Shown here: in pieces, positions 1 to 10,259 of the stretch
How positions within the stretch are numbered: the stretch's first letter is position 1
Layout: each line of letters begins with the position of its first letter
From: Chiloscyllium plagiosum
Lineage: Eukaryota
DNA length: 20,000 nucleotides
Reading direction: 5' to 3'
NCBI RefSeq assembly: GCF_004010195.1
Contig: NC_057749.1
Span: 17,262,551 to 17,282,550, forward strand
Made by a program: the position numbers and the translations under genes
The notes under the pieces: generated by a model
What the model saw: the letters and a program-made list of their open reading frames with translations, nothing else
The model's database searches: none
What the model was told of the DNA's origin: nothing

Positions 1-60
1 CCTCAATTATTTACTATCTGTGTTAATGACTTGAAGGAGTGGACATCATACAAGATCCCA
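1..60 (+). mobile_element. Small old CR1 RT fragment at the window edge
   Basis: cctcaattattt actatctgtgttaatgacttg reads PQLFTICVNDL, like the GPQLFIIFINDLD RT motif in other CR1 copies in this window. Confidence 0.45.
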
Positions 61-1175
61 GTTTCTATGGAAGCAGAGATGAGCAAGAATGGAGGAGGAA
101 CATTAGTTTAATTTTTCACATGCTTACTGCCTCTCCAGCTGCTTTATGTTCAGTTTTGTGTTTATTATTAGAACTATAAATTTCTTTGTTTTCTCAAGTA
201 CTTTTATCTCATTGTCTGGAAAAAGTTGGTGTTGAGGTACATACCTAATTGTGGTCTTATGGGTTATTTTCACCTTTCTAGATTTTGAAAGTGAGATCAA
301 CTCTCAAAACAAATTCCAAACTAAATTCAATATACTGTCAAACAAAGATTTGAATTTTAGTGTAGCTCTATTTAACAATCTTGGTCAGAGTGTTTTTCTC
401 TGCTGGTGGCATCTCTATTCAGAATGATGCAATTGCTCATTTCTAAAATAGAATTTTCAAAATAGTTTTGCTTGAGTGTCTTATCATGACAGTTTTGATA
501 AATCATTGAAGTCTGATTTTTTTTTTTACAGAATCATCTCTGTGTATATTAGCCTAGTTCTGATGTGTTACCGTGCTATCTGCTTTTGTACTCTCAAGAA
601 GGGACAGAAAAATTCATAACACACAGATAGTCGTACACTAGAGGAATTTAGGATTGAAAGACATCTGAGGGTCTTTGCGAATAGCATTATGTAAAGCATG
701 TATGGAGGAAATTAGAACAGCCCTTGTAGAATGTCGGAAGCTTGTGTATTTTACTGAATGCCAAGGGCAACAATCACCTACTGAAATTTCTGCCTCAAAC
801 TGAAGGGCAGGTTGTAGATTGTGGTGACTGGTAGCTGAGAGTTTCCGTGATACATTGATCTTTCCCAGAGGAATTGTAGCTTGTTCTAAGTAGTGCAGAT
901 TGTTCATTGGTCTGTCTTCATTTCATTTTCTTGCCCTCCATAATCTTCCTCAGTGTTAATAATATTTTCTCTATCACATAATATTTCTGTTGAAGAGTTA
1001 GACTATGTATTCCATCTACTGTCTCACTTGTAACAGTAGTTGGCAATTATTCTGTAGGTGCATGGGTAGAAGGACTTCATCCATAAATTCTTATACCCAT
1101 ATATTGGCTGTGGTATAAAGGGAGCAAAAATAATAAATGTATTGCCAAGCATATTTAAATAAATCTTTACCATGT

Positions 1176-1948
1176 AAGCAATTAGCAGGACTTCTACACT
1201 TAATGGTAAGGTCATAGGGAGTGTTGCTGAACAAAGAGACCTTGGAGTGCAGGTTCATAGCTCCTTGAAAGTGGAGTCACAGGTAGATGGGATAGTGAAG
1301 AAGGTGTTTGGTATGCTTTCCTTTATTGGTCAGAGTATTGAGTACAGGCGTTGGGAGGTCATGTTGCGGCTGTACAGGACATTGGTTAGGCCACTGTTGG
1401 AATATTGCATGCAGTTCTGGTCTCCTTCCTATCGGAAAGATGTTGTGAAACTTGAAAGGGTTCAGAAAAGATTTACAAGGATGTTGCCAGGGTTGGAGGA
1501 TCTGCGCTACAGGGAGAGGCTGAACAGGCTGGGGGTGTTTTCCCTGGAGCGTTGGAGGCTGAGGGGTGACCTTATAGAGGTTTACAAAATTATGAGGGGC
1601 ACGGATAGGATAAATAGACAAAGTCTTTTCCCTGGGGTCAGGGAGTCCAGAACTAGAGGATATAGATTTAGGGTGAGGGGGGGAAAGATATAAAAGGGAC
1701 CTAAGGGGCAACATTTTCATGCAGAGGGTGGTACGTGTATGGAATGAGCTGCCAGAGGAAGTGGTGGAGGCTGGTACAATTGTAACATCTAAGAGGCATT
1801 TGGATGGGTGTATGAATAGGAAGGGTTTGGAGGGATATGGGCCGGGTGCTGGCAGGTGGGACTAGATTGGGTTGGGATATCTGGTCGGCATGGACAGGTT
1901 GGGCCGAAGGGTCTGTTTCCATGCTGTACATCTCTGTGACTCTGACTC
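1176..1948 (+). mobile_element. 5'-truncated CR1-type LINE (family A), ORF2 C-terminus plus 3' UTR
   Basis: ORF 1247..1693 (LYRTLVRPLLEYC..WSP..LERVQKRFTRMLPGL). Ends in a tctgtgactctgactc tail. Highly similar to copies at 5873-7501 and 11918-14953. Confidence 0.93.
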
Positions 1949-2569
1949 AATGCTATTCACTGTTGTTATGCCAACATCAATAAGTCACAGCTGTTCTTCC
2001 ACTTAATTTTGAAGAAGAACAAACTACATTTCTTCTTCAATGAAAGTATCGATAGAATAAGATTGTACCTTTGCCGGAGGCAGCATTTTGAAATTTTCAA
2101 GATATGTGTACTCTTCTTACTGCAACCTGACCTAATTTCTCTTGCTGTCATACATGGGTTGACTTGATAGGATTCTTTTGAAAAAGAATGTACAAGTTAA
2201 TGAGATGCAGGCAAGTGTTTGCTTTCATGTTAAGGAGCCAAAGTTAAATCAAGGATTGTTATTTTTGAGATCCTGGTAGAAAATGCATAATTACATTATT
2301 CTTGTGATACATCTAATAGTGCTGATTGACAGTTAACTGCCTGGCTTTGTTTGAAATTTAAATCAGGCATATTAACTCTTGCATTGTCCTGAGAAATTAA
2401 CCAGCTATTTTGTTGAGTTGAATTCAGTTCAGTCTACATATGCTTTTTGTGTACACTGTATTAATAAATGCAGCGTCCAGTACACTCAAGTGTATATTAC
2501 AAAATGGACTGTAGCAATTCACCAAAATTACTTAGATATCATCTTACACACCTTCAAATATTACAAGAA

Positions 2570-2717
2570 AGAAGGACAAAGGCAGCAGATGCATGGGAAA
2601 ACCACCACATCCCCTCCAAGTTGCTCACCATCCTGACTTGAAAATGTATCACTATTCCTTCAGTGCTGCTGGATTAACATCTTGGAATTCTCCCAAACAG
2701 CATTCTGGGTGTACCGA
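2570..2717 (+). mobile_element. LINE (CR1/L2 group) ORF2 3' fragment, left half, interrupted by the ERV-like insertion
   Basis: Translates (one frameshift) to ..HHPDLKMYHYSFSAAGLTSWNS..NSILGVP, the WNSLP-type end of LINE ORF2. Continues at 5597. Confidence 0.75.
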
Positions 2718-3250
2718 TGTTGTCCCGGTTCTCCCCTCAGTCGAAATAAAATGCTCAGAGACACTGTATAATTTTGCCTCCCCCGTCTTTTTTCTGGGCC
2801 CTGGAGGGAGAGAGAACGATTGCCCATGTGCACAGGGATATGAGTTCTTGGTCTTCTCTCTTGTACAACAGTTTCTTTATGAATTATATAGTTATTTTAC
2901 AGGGAGGAGCATCCAGATAAGGCAACATAGATATTGATTGGGTGACCATTACAATCAGCAAAGACTTAGCCATCTGCTGTTACAGAATGAATGTTCTTAA
3001 CCTTACCTGGCTTCACATATGAATACTTGTAACCTTGTTAAACTGACCTTACAAAACTGAATGCTTCCAATATTGTTAAATGGCTCTACAGAATGAATGC
3101 TTTTCCACCTTGTTATCTATTACCCTTGCCTCCAGCATCCCATTGTTAACTGCAAGCTCTTATCTGATCTGAGTCATGCTTAGTTGAACCTCTTGTTTTA
3201 TAAAACTCAGAATTTGACTCTTTGCCTGCTTATACCCAAACACATTCTCA
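2718..3250 (-). mobile_element. LTR (533 bp, 3' LTR position)
   Basis: Minus strand starts TGAGAATG directly after a polypurine tract and ends GGGACAACA. Has U3 direct repeats, CCAAT (2937-2941), TATATAA (2884-2890) and a probable decayed polyA signal AAAAAA (2788-2793), in the expected order. Confidence 0.8.
2980..3125. repeat. About 4 degenerate 34-37 bp direct repeats in LTR U3
   Basis: tacagaatgaatg..ccttg/ccttac units starting near 2981, 3014, 3050 and 3087. Confidence 0.65.
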
Positions 3251-3262
3251 TTCTCTCCTTTT
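3251..3262 (-). promoter_or_regulatory. Polypurine tract (plus-strand primer site)
   Basis: AAAAGGAGAGAA on the minus strand, immediately before the TG of the LTR. Confidence 0.78.
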
Positions 3263-3613
3263 ATCATTTCATGATAACCACCTAGATGGCACTACCAGCT
3301 TTCATAAGACTCTGACAGCCAATATTTAAGCAGGTTATTGACACACAGCATGCAATGGTGATAACAAAAAATACTAGTCAGTCACAGTAATTAGAGTTTG
3401 AAGAATCCTCCCACTTGGGAAAAAAAATTCATCAGTGAAGCTCTTAAATCCACAGTCTTTAGTGACCACTCCATCCCTTCCAAGTCGAGTGGAAATAAGC
3501 CAGTTCTCTGCAAATTTCCTTCAGTAAAATCCAACCTGAAAACAAAATCTAGTCTGTCCTTCCGCGCCACTCCACGGAGAAATCTGAATTCTTGGATCAG
3601 GGCAGTTAAATAC

Positions 3614-3926
3614 TTCACAAAACTGATGAGACTTCCATCCTTCTGGAGATGCTTCAGATGGAGAATACCAGCGCATCTGAGCATTTGGTGCAGCAGCTGC
3701 AGGCTCGGTGAATGCAGCATTCTTTGCTGCATCTGCTCCCGTTCTGCTGTTAAATGTAACAAAGCCAACTGGCTGATTTGATGTTGGCTTGATCAGTGAA
3801 CCTTCATATCCCTTAAATGATCTAAAAACAAGGTAAAGTTCACGTGGTTTAATGTCCACAGGAAGACCACTGATGAAGCATACTAACCTCCTCTTCACTG
3901 TTGTTAGCTTCACTTTTCATGCTCAT
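3614..3926 (-). pseudogene. RBPMS2: Processed RBPMS2 (Hermes)-like copy: frameshift near 3878, in-frame internal deletion near 3717-3720, probable stop loss at 3614-3617
   Basis: [14 protein letters not shown]../[87 protein letters not shown]. No introns across several junctions of the parental gene. LPVD, AAFT.PAAAA and RWY favour RBPMS2 over RBPMS. Confidence 0.88.
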
Positions 3927-3950
3927 GACTAGGGAGTTGATTGAATCCAT

Positions 3951-4109
3951 TGGATCAGGTTGTGGAGGGGTGGGCGGTGGTCCGAAGGCGTGCTTTACCT
4001 GTGAATGGAGAAACTCTAGCGAAGATTTTAGTTGCAGGAAGTATCTTTGTATTTCCCCTCTCATTCCTTCTTTGCCAAGGTGGTTGTCAGTATGATGATA
4101 GTCGCACAT
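3951..4109 (-). pseudogene. Retroviral pol (integrase)-like remnant
   Basis: YHHTDNHLGKEGMRGEIQRYF resembles the HH half of the integrase HHCC zinc finger. LQLKSSLEFLHSQVKHAFGPPP resembles the helix after the integrase core. The catalytic core is missing. Recognised by eye only. Confidence 0.5.
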
Positions 4110-5255
4110 TTAACTACACTAAAGTGTGTGTACCTATTTCAACATTCTCAGTCGTTTTGACGTCTGTTAGTCTGTTCACTATTTATGACATTATCAAGTT
4201 TTATGCAATCCATAAACTTATAAATTGTACTGCCTAAGCAATTCAGTCAATTATAAACAACAATCAATGGTCCTAAAGTCAAACCCTCTGGTACCTCACT
4301 CAGGTTATTCAAAAATTATTTTCCTTTAACAAATTGATACTTGGCTAACGTGAAAGCAGGAAGAGTATTTTGAAAGTCTGGAACGGCAAGAAAACAACAA
4401 AATGTTTCCTGTACTTTAGCAATTGGAGAGGCAGTTTCAGTTCAGATTTAAATCTCAAATATTCGTGGAAAACAAATGCTGAAAATTTTAAAATTTGTTA
4501 TCCAAATGAAAGTTCACAAATAAAACTGTTGGAATTACGGTGGCAACTTTGGTTGAGATCAACATTCTTTGACTTTGCAATATGAAGAGGGCCAATGAAG
4601 TCTTAACAATAATTGAAAGAATTTAAATGGCTCAGCCTAAAGTTCTAAAATTCTCTAAGATCTTAACAAAACATCAGACTCTAAATACACACTTTTTGTG
4701 AAAACTCTGCATTAAAAACATAGTAGCAAATATAGTACTTTAATATAGTACTTTCATCTGGCTAAAGCATGACCACTAACCCAACTATGTTTTTTTAACA
4801 GGCATTATAGAATTTCAAACAAATCAGAGGCTCAAGGCATTCAATCATTTTGTTTTAAGGTTACAAGTTTGATAATTTTGAAAAGGACATTGTACAATTT
4901 CAATGTAAGAACAAAATCTAGCCCATTACATAGCCCACAAAACACATTGAATTGAGATTCTGATTCAAACAGGGCAAAACAATTATTTAAAATGATTTTC
5001 TGAACCAGTATTTTAACAAACCGGTATTTTTAAACATCAAACACTCTGAGCATGGCACAATTTACGTTGAAACTTGCCTTTTTCAACCCAAGTATTAGTA
5101 CAACCTTAATTTGTGGTTTTCATTTTTATCGACCTATTTATCTACTCACTGAAATTACACTTAAAAAGAGATAGCCCTAGTGGTGAGCCACGTGGCGCCA
5201 CAGTCCAACCCACACTCTTTTTTTTTTTCCCCCCCCCTCCAGAACAAAGACTTGC

Positions 5256-5594
5256 AGAGGCTCAAATTTTGCACGAGGGGACTTTAACCCTTTCTCAATT
5301 TACTCCTCTCAAGGGCTCGAACCCCATTAAACCCAGAGAATGTGAATCCCAATTAAATACAGAGAGCTTCAATCTCACTTAAACACAGAGTTTGAACACC
5401 AGCACAGCGCGGAGGACTCGAACCCCAATCAAACCCGCTCAGGAGACTTGAACCTCAGTATCGTGCAGAGGACTCGAACCTCAAACAAACCCAACCAGGG
5501 GAATTGAACCCCAGTATTGCACAGAGGACTCGAACCTCAATTATTCCCCATCCGGGGACTTGAACCCCAAAACTGCGCAGGGGACTTGAACCTC
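5256..5594 (-). repeat. Array of ~13 T-loop/B-box-like hairpin units (G[AG]GG-TTCRAGT-CC[TC]C on the minus strand)
   Basis: Clean units start at 5412, 5442, 5468, 5498, 5524, 5554 and 5580 (spacing alternates 30/26). Degenerate units lie at ~5256-5400. Confidence 0.85.
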
Positions 5595-5596
5595 CC

Positions 5597-5724
5597 CCTA
5601 CAGCAAATGTACTACAGTGGTTCAAGAAGGCTACTCATCCCCACTTTTTCGAGAGCAGCTAGGGATTGGCAATTATTTCTAGCCCAGCCAGTGACACTTG
5701 CACCCCTGAATGAATTTTTAAAAA
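5597..5724 (+). mobile_element. LINE 3' end, right half of the element starting at 2570
   Basis: Reads PTANVLQWFKKATHPHFFESS*, then a short UTR and a tgaatgaa..aaaaa tail. Confidence 0.75.
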
Positions 5725-5872
5725 TAGCTGCACTACGCTGCCAGCCTGCACTACTAACAGTCCTAAGTTAGTTGTCAGCACAATTGTTTGCGTACGCATT
5801 TGCACAAAAACATGAAGGAATCAAAGCTAATGCAAAATACAATCTCAGCTAATTCTCTTTACATCAAAACCC

Positions 5873-7501
5873 AGAGTCTACAAAGTCATAGAGATGTGCA
5901 GCATAGAAACAGGTCCTTCAACCCGTCTATGCCGACCAGATATCCCAACCCAATCTAGTCCCACCTGCCAGCACCCGGCCCATATCCCTCCAAACCCTTC
6001 CTATTCATATACCCATCCAAATGCTTTTTAAATGTTGCAATTGTACCAGCCTCCACCATTTCCTCTGGCAGCTCATTCCATACGTGTACCACCATCTGCA
6101 TGAAAACGTTGCCCCTTAGGTCTCTTTTATATCTTTCCCCTCTCACCCTAAACCTATACCCTCTAGTTCTGGACTCCCCGACCCCAGGGAAAAGACTTTG
6201 CCTATTTATCCTATCCATGCCCCTCAATTTTGCAAACCTCTATAAGGTTGCCCCTCAGCCTCCGACGCTCCGAGGGAAAATAGTCCCAGCCTGTTCAGCC
6301 TCTCCCTATAGCTCAAATCCTCCAATCCCAGCAACATCCTTGTAAATCTTTTCTGAACCCCTTCAAGTTTCACAACATCTTTCTGATAGGAAGGAGACCA
6401 GAACTGCACGCAGTATTCCAACAGTGGCCTAACCAATGACCTGTACAGCCTCAACATGACGTCCCCAACTCCTGTACTCAATACTCTGACCAATAAAAGA
6501 AAGCATGTCAAACGCCTTCTTCACTATCCTATCTACCTGCGACTCACTTTCAAGGAGCTATGAACCTGCAGTCCAAAGTTTCTTTGTTCAGCAACACTCT
6601 CTAGGACCTTACCATTAAGTGTATAAGCCCTGCTAAAATTTCTTTTCCCAAAATGCAGCACCTCATATTTATCTAAATTAAACTCCATCTGCCACTTCTC
6701 GGCCCATTGGCACATCTGATCAAGATTCTGTTGTAGTCTGAGGTAACCTTCTTCGCTGTTCACTACACCTCCAATTTTGATGTCATCTGCAAACTTACCA
6801 ACTGTACCTCTTATGCTCGCATCCAAATCATTTATATAAATGATGAAAAGCAGTGGACCCAGCACCGATCCTTATGGCATTCTACTGGTCACAGGCCTCC
6901 AGTCTTAAAAAAAAAACCCTCCACCACCACCCTCTGTCTTCTACCTTTGAGCCAGTTCTGTATCCAAATGGCTAGTTCTCCCTGTATTCCGTGAGACTTA
7001 ACCCTGCTAATCAGTCTCCCGGGGGGAACCTTGTCAAATGCCTTACTGAAGTCCATACAGATCACATCTACTGCTCTACCCTCATCAATCCTCTTTGTTA
7101 CTTCCTCAAAAAAACTCAATCAAGTTTGTGAGACATGATTTCCCATGCATAAAACTATGTTGACTATCCCTTATCAGTCCTTGCCTTTCCAAATACATGT
7201 ACATCCTGTCCCTCAGGATTCCCTCCAACAACTTGACCAGTACTGACGCCAGGCTCACTGGTCTATAGTTCCCTGGCTTGTCCTTACCACCCTTCTTAAA
7301 CAGTGGCACCACGTTAGCCAACCTCCAGTCTTCCGGCACCTCACCTGTGACTATCAATGATACAAATATCTCAGTAAGAGGCCCAGCAACCACTTCTCCA
7401 GCTTCCCACAGAGTTCTAGGGTACACCTGATCAGGTCCTGGGGATTTATTCACCTTTGTGTTTCAAGACATCCAGCACTTCCTCCTCTGTAATATGGACA
7501 T
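5873..7501 (-). mobile_element. 5'-truncated, frameshifted CR1 LINE (family A) including the RT domain
   Basis: ORFs 7106..7453 (KSPGPD, PGNYRPVSL), 6889..7119 (DFSKAFDKV), 6533..6865 (FADD), 6224..6511 and 5955..6227. Tail is gagtc..gtcatagag on the + strand. Confidence 0.95.
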
Positions 7502-8072
7502 GATTATGATTTGATTGTCAAGTCAAGTTCTAAACTAAGTATTTTGTGTTAAATCATGTAGTCAAGTAAAATAAGTCCTATGAATTAGTCTGACGATCCA
7601 TCCAGTATACAGGTAATCAAACTCATAAAAATGTGTTTCAGAAAATTTCAGCTTTTCAGGGATTTAGCCTGATCCCTGCCTCACCACAATATATAACCAA
7701 CCCTGATTCTACGAAAATGACATATGTCACAGAACCTGTTCATCACTGCTTAAGACAGTTTGGACAATTTAAATCCACCAATATTATCTTCAATTCACAG
7801 AGCCAATAGCAGTATCTATATCTTTTGGTCATTCTTTGTCTCCCCAGAAGTTGTGCATTCCAATTACGTTTTCAGTCTTTGCTTCCTAAGAAATCAGAAG
7901 GGCCAGTTTTCTCACTTAGCTTCCCTTTTTGATATGGGTCTGTCTTTTTTAAAAAAAAAAATTTGAAACCATGGATTCCATCATGTGTGATACAGAACTC
8001 ATAGTTTATGAGCAGTTGCATTAGTTTAATTTCTGAACAGTTATATTATTGAATTGTTATTATGTGAAATTG

Positions 8073-8577
8073 GATTCTTAGAGATGTACAAAATGGAAAC
8101 AGACCTTTCGGACCAACTGCTTCATATCGACCAGATATCCTAAATTAATACGGTCCCATTTGTCAGCATTTGGCCCGTGTCCCTCTGAACCCTTCCTGTT
8201 CATGTACCCATCCAGATGCCTTTTAAATGTTGCAATTGTACCAGCCTCTCCACCTCTGGCAGCTCATTCCATCCTTGCATCACCTTCTGTGTGAAAATAT
8301 TGCCCCTTAGGTCCCTTTTAAATCTTCCCCTCTCATCTTAAGCCGATGCCCTCTATTTTTAGACTCCACTATATTTGGGAAAAGACCTTGTCCATTCACC
8401 ATATCCATGCCCCTCATGATTTTATTAACCTCTGTAAGGTCACCACTCAGCCTCCGAGGTTCCAGGAAAACAGCCTCAGCCTATTCAACCTCTCCTTATA
8501 CCCCAATCCCTCCTGGCAATATCCTTGTAAATCTTTTCTGAATCCTTTCAAGTTTCATAACATCTTTCCTGTAGCAG
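8073..8577 (-). mobile_element. Diverged CR1 family A 3' fragment
   Basis: Colinear with 5885-6390 but more diverged. Confidence 0.88.
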
Positions 8578-8869
8578 CTTGATCTGTTGCCATTGCTGGT
8601 CTTATTTTGCCATAAAATTGAAATTAGAGGTTATTAGTATTGATAGTCCTATATCATAGGGAATAATTGACCTATTATAGTGGACAAATGTCAAATGTTG
8701 CTACTTTAGCTTTGAATTCTTTGTTCAGCTATGATGGTTGTCATCGTATTCTGTGATTTTTGTTTTTGCTTCCATAAAAAGCATTGCTGTGGTTTGGGAG
8801 TTGCACCAACATTTGAAAGAAATTTCGATGGATGTAATGTTGTTTAGTGACTCCAGAAAACTCATATCT

Positions 8870-9485
8870 ACTGACATCTACAGGCTTTAGGTAAACCTGA
8901 AATTGGCAGATGAAATATAATATAGAAAACTGGTAGATAAAACAGAAAAAAAATTATTTAATTGGAGAGAAGCTGGAGACTGCTGCAATATAGATGGACC
9001 TTGGCATTCTCATACATGAAAGAATATTGAAATGTGGCCTTGATACCAAGAGAATGGAATATAAAAGTGGGACAGACTCTCTTCAACTGCATAAAATGGT
9101 GCGGTGACCACATTTGGTGTACTGTGTGCGGTTTGGACTCGTGACTTAAGGAAGAGTAAAGTTGCATGGAAACCAGTTGAGGGAAGGTTCATTAGGCTGA
9201 TTGTTGGGACGATTGGATTACCGTATGAGGAAAGGTTAAGCAGATTGACCTATACCCATTTAAGTTTGAAAGAATGAGACATAGGATTCTGAGGATGCTT
9301 AACTGGGTGAATGCTGAGATGATATTTCTCGTTGGACAATCCAGAGCGAAGCGACACAGTTTCAGATGAGGGGCCCTCATATTAGATATTGATGAAAAGG
9401 AATTTCTTCTGAATTTCTTGTGAATTTTTGGGATATTTAGAAAGCTGTGAAAGGTGAATCATTGTATTTTTTAAGCTAATAGACC
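8870..9485 (+). mobile_element. Old, heavily decayed CR1 3' fragment
   Basis: Remnants such as tggcagatgaaatataat (WQMKYN), gaccacatttggtgtactgtgtgcggtttgg (RPHLxYCVxFW) and tatgaggaaaggtta (YEERL). Confidence 0.75.
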
Positions 9486-9861
9486 TTTTCTATTATGATA
9501 TCTTGTTCATATGCACTGACCAGATTGAAAAGCGAAGTCAGACAATATGGGCAAGATACCAAAAGATTACCCATATCTGTGAGTATGTTTCCCAAAATAA
9601 TGGAGCTCATTTATGTGTGAGATGGAAAAAATCATTAAGCAATGAATGTTCAGTTGAGTATAAAATAAGTGCAGTTTGAAACAATATGCATTCCACAGTT
9701 GTTACATGCTTTTTTTTTTGCAGATTCTTTTTATTACTCAAATCCAGTTTCCAGGTTTTGAAAGATCTTGACATGCCTCAACATCTTTGGCGATAATTGA
9801 AATGAAGAGCGAGGAACCTTCACTTTGCAGAGTTTCTGACTATTTTTTGTTTCATCAACAG

Positions 9862-9956
9862 GCTTTTGGGAATGCAAAGACAGCTCATAATAACAACTCG
9901 AGCCGTTTTGGTAAATTCATTCAAGTGAACTACCAGGAGACTGGCACTGTACGAGG
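9862..9956 (+). CDS. MYO9A: Myosin-IXa motor-domain coding exon (95 bp), [32 protein letters not shown] (switch I region)
   Basis: Flanked by ttcatcaacAG and GTgagt. Contains the myosin switch [11 protein letters not shown] motif. QVNYQETG matches MYO9A rather than MYO9B as I recall the proteins. Ends in phase 2 (GG), which joins the A of the next exon. Confidence 0.95.
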
Positions 9957-10259
9957 GTGAGTAATGTAAGGCATATGGCTGGATTACTGTTTGTTTAAAA
10001 AGAGTGATGAAAAGAGAAATCATTCAATATTTTTGAATCTCCTCCCACCATAAATAGGTTTCTATTTTATCAGCTAAGTTTGTTGAAGCATTATTAGTGA
10101 TATAATTATTATAAGTTAAATATAAAATAAGTGCACAATGATATTTGCAGAGAGGAGGTTAAGAGGTATGAGACTGTGGGTGGATGAATGGAATTGCTAC
10201 CTTTTGAAAAGCAACAGCACTCAACTATTTAGCCATTTGAAATTCTCCTGTTGATGTTG

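Larger units (their letters stand above)
2718..5596 (-). mobile_element. Defective ERV-like (class I/epsilon-like) provirus carrying a captured RBPMS2 cDNA; 5' LTR absent
   Basis: Splits the host LINE between GVP and TANVLQWFKK. Flanked by CCGA (2714-2717) and CCTA (5597-5600), a 4-bp TSD with one mismatch. Contains an LTR, PPT, integrase-like remnant and leader repeats. Confidence 0.72.

Noticed and set aside
638..907. 89-aa ORF with FRHST, loosely like an RT motif
   Set aside because: Only a few matching residues and no neighbouring RT motifs.
1277..1931. Antisense ORFs over CR1 copies (also 6100..6345, 8346..8582, 12059..12271, 13548..13859)
   Set aside because: Shadow frames of LINE ORF2.
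3278..3294. CTCF-like motif ccacctagatggcacta
   Set aside because: Imperfect match, and not supportable without a scan or ChIP data.
3521..3913. Functional nested RBPMS2 gene
   Set aside because: Frameshift after the N-terminus, large deletion in the RRM, lost stop codon and no introns.
3614..3926. Local duplication, since RBPMS2 and MYO9A are both on human chromosome 15
   Set aside because: The copy is spliced and lies within an ERV-like element, so linkage is not needed to explain it.
4729..4755. aatatagtacttt tandem duplication
   Set aside because: Simple two-copy slippage with no further structure.
5412..5594. CRISPR-like or tRNA gene array
   Set aside because: Eukaryotic intron, 15-bp repeats with 11-15 bp spacers that are themselves related, and no cas genes. 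There are no D-arm, anticodon or acceptor stems for tRNAs.
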